Virus record (IMG/VR): IMGVR_UViG_3300027749_000459
Span: 1 to 24,992 of that record
DNA length: 24,992 bases
Source: a virus
Taxonomy: Duplodnaviria; Caudoviricetes
Direction: 5' to 3' (one strand)
Made by a program: the position numbers and the translations under genes. The notes below the pieces were generated by a model. It was not told the origin of the DNA, ran no database searches, and was given only the letters and a program-made list of their open reading frames with translations. Below, one piece after another: positions 5,378 to 13,734 of the stretch; within the stretch, counting starts at the first letter, position 1; every line of letters starts with the position of its first letter.

Positions 5378-5635
5378 CCCCTAACTGGACGGGTCAATCT
5401 ACAGTGGCGGTTAGGGTAGTAGTGTTACCACGGGATTTCGGCAAAGCACAGCGACGGCACTAAGGAATGAGTCGCAGGACCGAACAGGGGGTGCAACCCT
5501 TGACAGTTGATTCCACGTTGATGAACTTGCATGTTTTCATCAATCACGGAAGAGGGTGTACGAGAAAGTGTACAACTTCAGTGGGTGATCTCTGACGACA
5601 AGTCAGGATAACTCACTGCACTCTAGGGTACCAAG
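5378..5635 (+). ncRNA. Candidate ~260-nt structured non-coding RNA of unknown family
   Basis: GC-richer than its flanks. Stems at 5379-87/5408-16, 5420-26/5456-62, 5485-90/5497-5502 (GUGCAA loop), 5518-25/5536-43, 5553-58/5619-24, 5579-86/5611-18 and 5592-96/5602-06; several contain G-U pairs, which indicates the + strand. Confidence 0.6.
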
Positions 5636-5678
5636 AAAATGATGTAAATCATATTAACTAGTTAACTTTACTAGTAGT

Positions 5679-5701
5679 AGGATAAAAAGTATTTTTATCC
5701 T
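5679..5701. repeat. Perfect 10-bp palindrome, operator-like
   Basis: AGGATAAAAA-GTA-TTTTTATCCT, 50 nt upstream of the portal -7 box. Confidence 0.7.
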
Positions 5702-5751
5702 TAATCTCATTGTTAAAAATTATTCTCATTATACAATCTAGTTTATTTTAC

Positions 5752-5759
5752 TATATTTG
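5752..5759 (+). promoter_or_regulatory. -7 box (TATATTTG) for the portal gene
   Basis: Matches TAnnTTTG; 5 nt before ATG 5765. Confidence 0.65.
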
Positions 5760-5764
5760 TATAA

Positions 5765-7996
5765 ATGTTGGCTCTAAGAGAACAACCCAATCAATTTATT
5801 CCTGAAAACCAAAAAGATCAAAAATGGTTTTTAGGTAATTTGCGTTATATCGCAGAGAAGTACAATACGCAACAAAATCAATTAGGGTATCGTCACGTCA
5901 ACACTCTTCAAAAACCCATCGAAGAGATGATTCGTATGTTTACTTATTACCTCGGTAAGCAAGAAAACAAAGATTACTACTACACCAACCAAGACGAGAA
6001 CAACTGTGAATTACCTACAGTTTGGATTAATGGCCAAAAACTAACGTCAATGATTGACTTTATGATTGGTAACGCCATTAAGATGATCGAGAACATTGAA
6101 CCTTCAGTTCGTGGCACTTCAAAAGCCATTGTTTCTCGTAAGTCTAAAAAGTTGGAATACGCCTTGATGAAAATGGAACTCCAGGAACTCGTAGAAATTA
6201 TGAGTGCCAAAGGAGTTGAATTTAATCCAGTTGGTATGGAGACGTTTCAGAACAAAGAAGAATTGTTCCGTCACATGAAATACGACTACAAAGAACAGGC
6301 TGAAGTAGTTGCTCAAAGATTGGCTGAAGACATCCTTCACCGTAACCACTACATTGAAAAGTACAAACAGTCTTTTCTTTACTTGTTACTTGGTGGGGTT
6401 TGTGGAATTGAAAACACAATTCAAAACGGAAAGCAAAAGAAAGACGTTATCCTTCCTTACAATTTGATTTGGGATAACTCAATCGATGATGACTTTAATA
6501 CTAAGGCTCACTTTGTAGGTAAGATTGAATGGAAGACTCCAGGAGAAATTCTTTCTAATCCTACTTATATGGAGACTCTGACGGCCGAGGAGGTAGATGA
6601 GATTATGAAGTTGACGCACCAGAACATCGATAAGATGTTGGGCGAAGAATACATCACCAGCACAAAGTTGAGATGGTGGTATAATTATTCGGGCGTTCCA
6701 AAGATCGCGTGTATCACCGGGTATTGGATTGGCTATAAAGAGTTGCGTTACGAAAAAACCAAAGACCAGTTCGGAAACGAGCACTTTGCAAAGATTCGTA
6801 CCAAGCACAATTCTAAGTATTGGACCAAAACAGTTTACAAAGGCACCATTATCGCCAACAAATACGTTGTTGAATATGGTGAGCAAACCAATATTGTAAG
6901 AAAAGCAGACGAAATGGCTGAAGTAGAACTTCCTATTTCTGTGTTTTTGCCTAATATGGTGATGGGTGAGACTCGCTCTATTGCGTCTCGTCTACACAAA
7001 CACCAAGATCGTATCGATTTCTTGAATAACGAAATCACAAAAATGATCACCCGGGCCAAGGGTAAAGTGTTTATCATGAACAAACACAAGTTGGGTAGTG
7101 CTACTTCTCAAGAAGTGCTAAACGATTTTACTCGTATGGGCATTCACATCACCGACGGTAACGCAACGGGAGAAGATTTTAACCAAAGCGACTACAACAA
7201 AGTAGTGGAAATCGTCGATATGACTCTCGATCCTAACGTACAAATGATTATGTCTCTTCGTCAAGAGGAAGAAAGAATCATGGAAGAGATAGTAAACGTG
7301 CCAAAAGTAGCAATGGGTCAGCAGCAAGGATACTTGGGAGCCAAAACACAGGCCGGTTCTATTGCTCAATCCAACCTAGGTACTGCTTATTTATATCAAG
7401 GCTTCATTCAGTTCATCGAAAAAGACTTACAGTTTGCCTTGAACCAGTATAAAATTTCTCTTTTGTCTAACAACGAACCCGAAATAGGTGTGTTGGGAGA
7501 CAAAGAAATGGAGTTCATTAAGGTAACCGACAACTTTAAGTTTGAAGATTTTGGTGTTTACATTAAAATCAAAGACTTCGTCGACGAACAGGCTCGTGAA
7601 AGATTGCTTGCAATCGCACAGGCAGCCATGCAGAATCAGATGATAGATTTGCGCGACTACATCAAAATTGAAACTTCTAAAACTTACACTGAACTTCTTA
7701 ACGAGTTGGAATATTCTCTCGAAAAGAAAGACCGCGAAAAGAAAGAAGCCGAAGCAAAAGCACAAATTATGCAAGCCGCTATGCAAGAGGCGCAAATGGC
7801 ACAACAACAAAAGGCCGTTGAAACCGCACAGCAGGGCAATAATTATCGTCAAGAATTAAAAACTGCTTCCGATTTAGTAAAGGCTAATCCCGATACTCAA
7901 GATGCGGCGGCAATGGGCGGGGGGGCGCCAGAACAAGGTGGCGAAGTACCTCAAGGTCAACCTATAGAACAAACTGGAGCAATGCCAGCACAATAA
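5765..7996 (+). CDS. Portal protein (crAss-like, P22 gp1-type), 743 aa
   Basis: Size and position before the scaffold and MCP. The N-terminal PNQFIPENQKDQKW resembles crAss-like portals; also HQDRIDFLNNEI..MITRAKGK, KVVEIVDMTL, IVNVPKVAMGQ, EDFGVYI and a C-terminal Q/A-rich coiled-coil barrel. Confidence 0.85.
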   Translation: MLALREQPNQFIPENQKDQKWFLGNLRYIAEKYNTQQNQLGYRHVNTLQKPIEEMIRMFTYYLGKQENKDYYYTNQDENNCELPTVWINGQKLTSMIDFMIGNAIKMIENIEPSVRGTSKAIVSRKSKKLEYALMKMELQELVEIMSAKGVEFNPVGMETFQNKEELFRHMKYDYKEQAEVVAQRLAEDILHRNHYIEKYKQSFLYLLLGGVCGIENTIQNGKQKKDVILPYNLIWDNSIDDDFNTKAHFVGKIEWKTPGEILSNPTYMETLTAEEVDEIMKLTHQNIDKMLGEEYITSTKLRWWYNYSGVPKIACITGYWIGYKELRYEKTKDQFGNEHFAKIRTKHNSKYWTKTVYKGTIIANKYVVEYGEQTNIVRKADEMAEVELPISVFLPNMVMGETRSIASRLHKHQDRIDFLNNEITKMITRAKGKVFIMNKHKLGSATSQEVLNDFTRMGIHITDGNATGEDFNQSDYNKVVEIVDMTLDPNVQMIMSLRQEEERIMEEIVNVPKVAMGQQQGYLGAKTQAGSIAQSNLGTAYLYQGFIQFIEKDLQFALNQYKISLLSNNEPEIGVLGDKEMEFIKVTDNFKFEDFGVYIKIKDFVDEQARERLLAIAQAAMQNQMIDLRDYIKIETSKTYTELLNELEYSLEKKDREKKEAEAKAQIMQAAMQEAQMAQQQKAVETAQQGNNYRQELKTASDLVKANPDTQDAAAMGGGAPEQGGEVPQGQPIEQTGAMPAQ

Positions 7997-8021
7997 ACTA
8001 ACAACTTATACAAATAAAAAT

Positions 8022-8029
8022 TAAATTTG
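8022..8029 (+). promoter_or_regulatory. -7 box (TAAATTTG) for the scaffold-MCP unit
   Basis: Matches TAnnTTTG; 6 nt before ATG 8036. Confidence 0.6.
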
Positions 8030-8035
8030 CAAAAT

Positions 8036-9173
8036 ATGTCTCAATACGAAGAAATTGAAAAACAACTAAAAGAAGCAGAATTGAAAGACGCTGCTGAAGG
8101 AAATTTAAACTCGAAAGATAATGGAAACAAAACCAACAAAAAAGAAACCGGCACCGAAGAAGGTTCAGCCGGTGAAGAAAGTAACTCCGGTAACTCCGGT
8201 AACTCCGGTAACTCAGGTAACGCAGGTAACTCAGGAAGCCCCGCAGCAGCCGCAGCAGTCGCAAACCCCGCAGATGGATAACGCAGGTAACTCAGGAAGC
8301 CCCGCAGCAGCCGCAGCAGTCGCAAACCCCGCAGATGGATCAAGTGAACCAGAAGGTGGATCAAGCACAGGCAGTGATAGCGGATCAGGTGAAGCAGTTG
8401 AATCAACTGAAAAGCCTTGGTATGAGTCTGATGGAGAAAATCAAAGCGTTCCTGAAACAGCTGCCGTTTTAACGCCTGCTGCCGAAGAAGAAGATGAAGA
8501 GGTTCGCCTATTCAAAGAATATAAAAAGAGCGGTAAGACTCTCAAAGAATTTGTAAAAGAATTCGATCTTACCGATTACAACGCATTGAGCGATGCGGAG
8601 ATTATTCAAAAGGGCTTGAAGGAATTGGAAAATTTCGCAGGCGAAGAATATGAAGCCGCAGTTGAAGAAGTCGCTCAAATGAGTTTGTTCCAAAAGAAAA
8701 AATTGATTCAAGAGTATAGGTCGGCGTTTGTTGCTCAGAATGAAGAGAAGTTGAAACAACTTTCTTCAGTACCAGACAAACAACAAGCCCAAGTGACCGT
8801 TGCAGCCAATCGTTTTGAAACGGAAATGGAATCATTTGCTAAAGCAATTTCAGGCAAAGAATTGTATGGTTTGAAGGTGACGGACGAAATGTCCACTAAA
8901 ATCAAAGATTACTTGACCAAGGAAATTAACTTTAATCGCAAAGACGGTTCTTTAGATGTCGAATTACTCGCCGATTTTGCTATGTGGCGTTTATACGGTA
9001 AGGATATCGTACGAACCAACGTAACAAAGGCCAAAAATGATGGGCGGAAAGAAATGTTGATCGCAACAACAAATCCGTCTACAGGATCTGGACCATCTAA
9101 CCTTAGTAACTCGTTCGCGAGTAACGGAGCGGCGGATGCGTTTGGTGACTACCTAAATGCGAAAAAACGATAA
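8036..9173 (+). CDS. Scaffold-like acidic head assembly protein, frameshifted in this sequence by a 61-bp duplication (split into track ORFs 8027..8281 and 8121..9173)
   Basis: Lies between portal and MCP, with an acidic disordered N-terminus and helical C-terminus. Deleting one 61-bp copy gives a single 358-aa frame MSQYEEIEKQL...NPADGSSEPEGG...YLNAKKR. Confidence 0.7.
8181..8234 (+). repeat. Six-copy 9-bp tandem repeat GTAAC(T/G)C(C/A)G
   Basis: GTAACTCCG x3, GTAACTCAG, GTAACGCAG, GTAACTCAG. It encodes (GNS)n in one frame and (VTP/VTQ)n in the other. Confidence 0.95.
8218..8339 (+). repeat. Exact 61-bp tandem duplication
   Basis: 8218-8278 is identical to 8279-8339 (TAACGCAGGTAACTCAGGAAGCC...CCGCAGATGGA). 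Confidence 0.95.
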
Positions 9174-9185
9174 AAAAAGAAAAAA

Positions 9186-10544
9186 ATGGCAAGTCCAGTT
9201 ACTAACCTCGATTTAAACCAGTCGCTCCTCCTTAGGGGGTTGAGCCTGCCTAACAAAATGGCAATGGTTTATGCCCAAGATTATGGGTACAATGTTTTGA
9301 CTCAGTTGACTTCTAAGTTGGCCTCTTCAATTTCAAGCAATCAGCCTAAAATTGAAATCAGTGCTCTTGGAAATCTTTCTGTGTATTCTCGTGTAAGTGC
9401 TGTTGCTAACGCAACTGGCTACGCTACTGGCGAAGCCTTAGCAGTTACTGTAGATGATGGCTCTAACTTCCGTATCGGTGATATCATCGCTGATGCCAAC
9501 ATGGTACAAGGTATCGTAGTTGAAAAAACTTCTGGAAGTGGAAACATTTTGTTGATCAAGCGTATCAGTGCAACTTTCAGTACTTCTAGCCACTTCTTGG
9601 CAGGTACTATTGCAAAGGTATTGTTCGATTCATCTGCAAACCGCTACAGCAATGGTAAATCTCCTTTGAACTTTGTTCCTCAGACAGATTACACCTACAC
9701 CGCTATCACTCGTGAGAGTTCTAGCCAAGCACGTCGTGACCGTACTGCTTCTTTCGTGAAGTGGCAGGGTGACTTCTGGTACCGTTCATATGATGATCTA
9801 GCTCTTCGCAAATTCTCTAAGAGTTTGGAGTTCAAGTATGCATTCTCTGAGCGCGCTATTGTTGCTGGTGCTCAAGGTGAATCTTACACTACTGCCGGTT
9901 TGCGTTGGTCAATCATCAACAACGGTGGTACTTACTTGCCTTTGACTGCTGAAATTACTCAGTCTCAATTCAACGATTTCTTAGAAAACTTAGTTCGTAA
10001 GAGTGCTGAAAACGGTCGTAACCTTGTCGCTTTGATGGGTACTGCTGCTATGGCTCGTTTGCAAACTTTGTTGGGTCAATACATCCAATACGCTGGTAGC
10101 AATAACACATTAGGTGGTGTTACTGTTGAAGGTTTGAATGTTATGACTTACAGTTATGCTGGTATCAAAGTTGATTTCGTTCGTTGGGCATTGTTGGATG
10201 ACGACGCTTTCAAAGGTGACTTGTCTTCTGTTACAGGTAAGCCTCGTATGTCTCACTCTATCTATGTATTGGATACTACTACTATTCCTGCTGCTGACGG
10301 TAGCGGAGTATTGTCTCCTTTGCAGAAATACCATTTCAACAATGATGAGATGTTGGCTGCTTATGTACCAGGTATGATCGGTTTGCAAGATTCTAATCCT
10401 TCTACTATTAAGCAGGCTCTTGCTAATGGTTTAAGTGGTTCTATGGCTGCAAGCGATGTTGATGGTGTGGATTTCCACATTTTGTCTGACTGCGGACTTT
10501 ATTGCGCTTCTGAGCGTATGGGTCTGATTGAATTGGTTGCTTAA
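9186..10544 (+). CDS. Major capsid protein (HK97 fold, crAss-like), 452 aa
   Basis: Follows the scaffold, with strongly biased high-expression codon usage (GCT/GGT/ACT/CGT). Beta-rich insertion (FRIGDII), NYT.I.R-like YTYTAITRESS, long helix ALRKFSKSLEFKYAFS, TAGLRWSI, and a C-terminal DGVDFHILSDCGL. Confidence 0.85.
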   Translation: MASPVTNLDLNQSLLLRGLSLPNKMAMVYAQDYGYNVLTQLTSKLASSISSNQPKIEISALGNLSVYSRVSAVANATGYATGEALAVTVDDGSNFRIGDIIADANMVQGIVVEKTSGSGNILLIKRISATFSTSSHFLAGTIAKVLFDSSANRYSNGKSPLNFVPQTDYTYTAITRESSSQARRDRTASFVKWQGDFWYRSYDDLALRKFSKSLEFKYAFSERAIVAGAQGESYTTAGLRWSIINNGGTYLPLTAEITQSQFNDFLENLVRKSAENGRNLVALMGTAAMARLQTLLGQYIQYAGSNNTLGGVTVEGLNVMTYSYAGIKVDFVRWALLDDDAFKGDLSSVTGKPRMSHSIYVLDTTTIPAADGSGVLSPLQKYHFNNDEMLAAYVPGMIGLQDSNPSTIKQALANGLSGSMAASDVDGVDFHILSDCGLYCASERMGLIELVA

Positions 10545-10555
10545 TTTTTACGAAC

Positions 10556-11296
10556 ATGCAAAATCAAACTTTATTAAATGGCGCAAGCACTCTTGCCGTT
10601 GATGGCGGTAAGTTGCTTATCACTCGTGTGGGAGTGGATATCAACAACGTAGATGCTTCTCGTTACGTCCCTATGGATGTATCCGGTATCTATGCTATGG
10701 AAATCCAACCCGGTGCTGCTGGTACTTCTCGTAGCCAGACTTTGACTCCAACTGCTGCTAACTCTACTGTTTACACAGTGACTGTTAGCGTGTACAAAGA
10801 GTCTGATTGGGGTTACTTCGGTCCTCAGTTGGTAACTTTTAGTGCTTCTTTCACTTCAGATTCTAGTGGTACTGTAGCCGAAATCACTGCCGGTTTAACC
10901 GCTGCCATTAACTTGGTAGGTGCTGCCTATAATGTAGTTGCTACTGATGGAACTACCTTGGTAACTGTAACTTCTAACAGTACTGTTCCTCAGAACATTT
11001 CTTGTGTTAGTGTTGGTGCAGGTACTTTGGCTGTTGCTCAAACAGTTGCTTTTGCTAAACCTTACGGTTTGGCTGCTGAATTGCAATTGCGCGGATTGTC
11101 AAGTGCAACTACTGGATCAGTTTACACCAAGTTTTTATTTAAAGTAAAAAATGGTATTAACGGTGGTCACGTAAATTCTGGCGGACAGTATTTGGAACAA
11201 ATCATTTGGATTAACACTTCACAAAGCACATTGATTACCGCTTTGGGAACTACTTTCCGTGATGCTCCTTACACCACTCCTGCAATTAACTTGTAA
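10556..11296 (+). CDS. Putative auxiliary capsid/decoration protein, 246 aa
   Basis: Directly after the MCP with the same codon bias and before a strong terminator. Thr/Ala/Val-rich beta protein with a TVAEITAGLTAAIN motif; position equivalent to the crAss auxiliary capsid gene. Confidence 0.7.
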   Translation: MQNQTLLNGASTLAVDGGKLLITRVGVDINNVDASRYVPMDVSGIYAMEIQPGAAGTSRSQTLTPTAANSTVYTVTVSVYKESDWGYFGPQLVTFSASFTSDSSGTVAEITAGLTAAINLVGAAYNVVATDGTTLVTVTSNSTVPQNISCVSVGAGTLAVAQTVAFAKPYGLAAELQLRGLSSATTGSVYTKFLFKVKNGINGGHVNSGGQYLEQIIWINTSQSTLITALGTTFRDAPYTTPAINL

Positions 11297-11306
11297 TCTT
11301 ATTTCC

Positions 11307-11339
11307 AAAGGAGGGGTACTTCGGTGCCCTTCCTTTTTT
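11307..11339 (+). terminator. Intrinsic terminator with a cUUCGg tetraloop
   Basis: AAAGGAGGGGTAC-TTCG-GTGCCCTTCCTTT-TTT. Confidence 0.9.
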
Positions 11340-11374
11340 ACTTTAAAAATCTTAACTTCGAAACTTAATAATAT

Positions 11375-12238
11375 ATGATACGTAAACTCATTATTTCTGC
11401 AAAAGCCCCTAAGGGCACCCTTACCCTTCTTGGGAACTACTACGACAAAAAAACTCGTAAGAACTTACACCTCGTTGAAAATGGCAAACGAGTAATTACT
11501 GAAATGGAATACGATGACTACACTAAGCAGTTTGATATTCTGTTGACTGATGCCTCAACTTTTACGCTTGAGTATGATGACTCAAGTAAAAACGAAAGTG
11601 CTGTTGTAGATTTCTACTTAAACCACCCGTTGTGTACCAACGTAAACCACACTAACCCTAACTTGGTTAGTCCGTTGTTTATTGTTGTAATGCAACACAT
11701 GATTGTAGAAAACGAGATTTCATCTATGAATGAAAACTTGGACACAGCAATTAAATGCTTATCTCTTGGCTTTGATGAAAAACACGACCTTGCATTTGCT
11801 CTTGGAATAGATGCTCGTGGCTTAACTCACAAAGAATTGGTTAGTCGTTTGGTAGGTCCAAACCTAACTGGAGATGCAATCAAACAAAAGCATGTATTTG
11901 ACCACTACTACGATTCACTTGAAACCGATCGTAAAGTAAAAGTATACGTTACCAAAGCAATTACTACCGGTATTATCCAGCAAGAAAACGGTTACTACCG
12001 TGTTGGAGGAAGAACTTTAGGTTCTCAGGAGCGCGATGTAATTGACATGTGTAACAGCGACAAAGATTTCTTCTACGGCTTTATTGTACCAGAGGTAGAT
12101 AAGGTTGTAGATGTTCCTAACGAAAAGTTAGATGACTATGTTGAAACCGACATTACAAGTGTTGTTTCAGACAAGTTAGAAGGCGTTCGTAGGATCAGAG
12201 CGAAGAAGAATGCTATCATCGATAAATTAATTGTTTAA
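11375..12238 (+). CDS. Conserved head-module protein of crAss-like phages (function unknown), 287 aa
   Basis: FYLNHPL and KVYVTKAITTGII...YRVGGRTLG recall the conserved ~290-aa gene found near the MCP in crAss-like and Bacteroidota phages. A variant -7 box TAACTTCG lies at 11353-11360. Confidence 0.65.
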   Translation: MIRKLIISAKAPKGTLTLLGNYYDKKTRKNLHLVENGKRVITEMEYDDYTKQFDILLTDASTFTLEYDDSSKNESAVVDFYLNHPLCTNVNHTNPNLVSPLFIVVMQHMIVENEISSMNENLDTAIKCLSLGFDEKHDLAFALGIDARGLTHKELVSRLVGPNLTGDAIKQKHVFDHYYDSLETDRKVKVYVTKAITTGIIQQENGYYRVGGRTLGSQERDVIDMCNSDKDFFYGFIVPEVDKVVDVPNEKLDDYVETDITSVVSDKLEGVRRIRAKKNAIIDKLIV

Positions 12239-12258
12239 TTGTTATTTCTATGTTTCTT

Positions 12259-12285
12259 ACCCCCCGAAAGGGGGGTTTTTGTTTT
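12259..12285 (+). terminator. Intrinsic terminator with a GAAA tetraloop
   Basis: ACCCCCC-GAAA-GGGGGGT-TTTTGTTTT. Confidence 0.9.
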
Positions 12286-12888
12286 ATGCCAATTAGAAAA
12301 GTTGTAAAAAAGGAACCCGTAAAAGGGATAGCAGTAAAACCTCTTAAAGAGGAAATCTGCTCAGAATGCGGCAAAAAACGTCCGTATTCTAACAAAACGA
12401 AGAAGTTATGTGCTGTTTGTGTGAGAAAATCACAAATAATCAAGGTTAAGGAAAAGAAAGCCAAGGTTCGTCAAAAGAAGGCGATCTCTACTAGCGTACT
12501 GATTAAAAAAATGGACGCTTTGTATTCAGTATACATAAGATTAAAAGGCATAGAAAAGGATGGTTACGTAAAGTGTTTCACTTGCGACCGGGTGGAATAC
12601 TGGCGTAAAATCCAGAATGGCCACTTTCAGTCAAGAAGGTTTTTATCGACTCGCTTTTACGACTTCAACTGCGCTCCGCAGTGCTACGCTTGTAATGTCG
12701 GACTCAGTGGAATGCAGTACGAATATGGCATCAGACTTGACAAAAAGTATGGCGCGGGCACCGCAGACCATGTTGTACAACTATCAAAAGACTTTTGTAA
12801 ATTCAATTCGGATGAACTGCTAAAAATGATCGACGAAACAGAACAAAAAATACAATTCCTAAGGAAGTTGAAAGACATATGGGATTAA
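12286..12888 (+). CDS. ninG: NinG/Rap-like HNH-type recombination endonuclease with an extra N-terminal Zn-ribbon, 200 aa
   Basis: DALYSVYIRL, CFTC, QNGHFQSRR...TRF...NCAPQCYACN and EYGIRLDKKYG are lambda NinG family motifs; there is an additional CSECG...CAVC. Start moved to ATG 12286 because the upstream part is the terminator. Confidence 0.85.
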   Translation: MPIRKVVKKEPVKGIAVKPLKEEICSECGKKRPYSNKTKKLCAVCVRKSQIIKVKEKKAKVRQKKAISTSVLIKKMDALYSVYIRLKGIEKDGYVKCFTCDRVEYWRKIQNGHFQSRRFLSTRFYDFNCAPQCYACNVGLSGMQYEYGIRLDKKYGAGTADHVVQLSKDFCKFNSDELLKMIDETEQKIQFLRKLKDIWD

Positions 12889-12899
12889 ATTAATTTTTG

Positions 12900-12907
12900 T
12901 ATATTTG
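12900..12907 (+). promoter_or_regulatory. -7 box (TATATTTG) for the tail ring/muzzle operon
   Basis: Matches TAnnTTTG; 5 nt before ATG 12913. Confidence 0.65.
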
Positions 12908-12912
12908 TGTAA

Positions 12913-13734
12913 ATGACAGGTGCTCAATTTTACGATTTGCTGCAGCAAAAAATTGACAAGGCTTACAGTGCTTACATAGACACAACTAAAGCCAATCGAT
13001 TAATTGAAGAGACAATCCTTAGGTTGTGTGAAAAACTGTATAGTACGTTAGACACACAAAAGGAATATGACGAGTTGTGGAGTTTATTAGTAAAGGATGA
13101 AACGAAAGTTGTTACAAATCAGTACTTTGATTTATCTGGCTTGTCTAGAACCTACATGCACTTATTTCGTTTGGGATTTACTTTTGATACTTTGCTTGGA
13201 AACTTAACTCGTACTTCAACCGGATCTGGTCCATTTACTACTGTATTTACTTCGACTGGTCACAGCGCAAGAAAAGGGGATACAATTAAAGTAGGATCTA
13301 ATACTGGTACTGTGGTATCGCATACCAAAACAAAATTTACAGTAACTTCTGCTGCTACATTAGTAACAGGTTCTGTTTATTTAACACGTTTCTTTGAGGG
13401 TAACGAGTGGTTCTCAGATCGTAAAAAAGATTCTTATCACGCTCCTACCATTTTTACTCCAAAGTATCAGTTTCAAAATAGAATCAGTGGAAGCAATAAC
13501 GTAAAGTCGTTGTACATTTATCCTCAGTGTTCTAGTTTGACAATCGATTATATGGCTTTACCTACTGTAGCCACCGGTCATATCTTTTTATCAACGGATG
13601 CTACAGCAATCACTGCATACACAGAAAAGTTTTTATACAGGTTGGCAGATGAATGTGTATTTACCTATGCTGAACAAGTTCGCGATGCTGAACTTCATCA
13701 GACTTCTGCTCAAAGTATAATGATTAATCCATGA
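12913..13734 (+). CDS. Tail tubular/ring (head-tail adaptor) protein, 273 aa
   Basis: N-terminal helices MT...F...L..KIDK, DELWSLL, LSRTYMHL, central beta sheet, LTIDYMALP and a C-terminal helix: the P22 gp4-like ring pattern of crAss-like phages. Confidence 0.7.
   Translation: MTGAQFYDLLQQKIDKAYSAYIDTTKANRLIEETILRLCEKLYSTLDTQKEYDELWSLLVKDETKVVTNQYFDLSGLSRTYMHLFRLGFTFDTLLGNLTRTSTGSGPFTTVFTSTGHSARKGDTIKVGSNTGTVVSHTKTKFTVTSAATLVTGSVYLTRFFEGNEWFSDRKKDSYHAPTIFTPKYQFQNRISGSNNVKSLYIYPQCSSLTIDYMALPTVATGHIFLSTDATAITAYTEKFLYRLADECVFTYAEQVRDAELHQTSAQSIMINP

Noticed and set aside
5485-5502. tRNA gene suggested by a T-arm-like hairpin
   Set aside because: No acceptor stem, D-arm or anticodon arm at tRNA spacing, and no CCA end in register.
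4805-5509. Similarity between the sRNA terminator loop (TTGACTGTTG) and ncRNA segment TTGACAGTTG (5500-5509)
   Set aside because: A 9/10 match is within chance expectation and is same-sense rather than complementary.
5467-5595. 42-codon ORF MSRRTEQGVQPLTV...SVGDL inside the candidate ncRNA, preceded by TAAGGA
   Set aside because: The SD-like sequence abuts the ATG with no spacer, other genes here do not use SD, the peptide has no recognisable features, and the dense base-pairing explains the region better. Not formally excluded.
5562-5600. Possible hammerhead ribozyme core (GAAA ... CUGACGA)
   Set aside because: Stems I and II cannot form in the required register, and CUGAC is sequestered by GUCAG in a strong hairpin.
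8181-8339. CRISPR array or DGR template/variable repeat pair
   Set aside because: The repeats are directly adjacent with no spacers, the two 61-bp copies are identical with no adenine-specific differences, and there is no cas or reverse transcriptase gene in the window.
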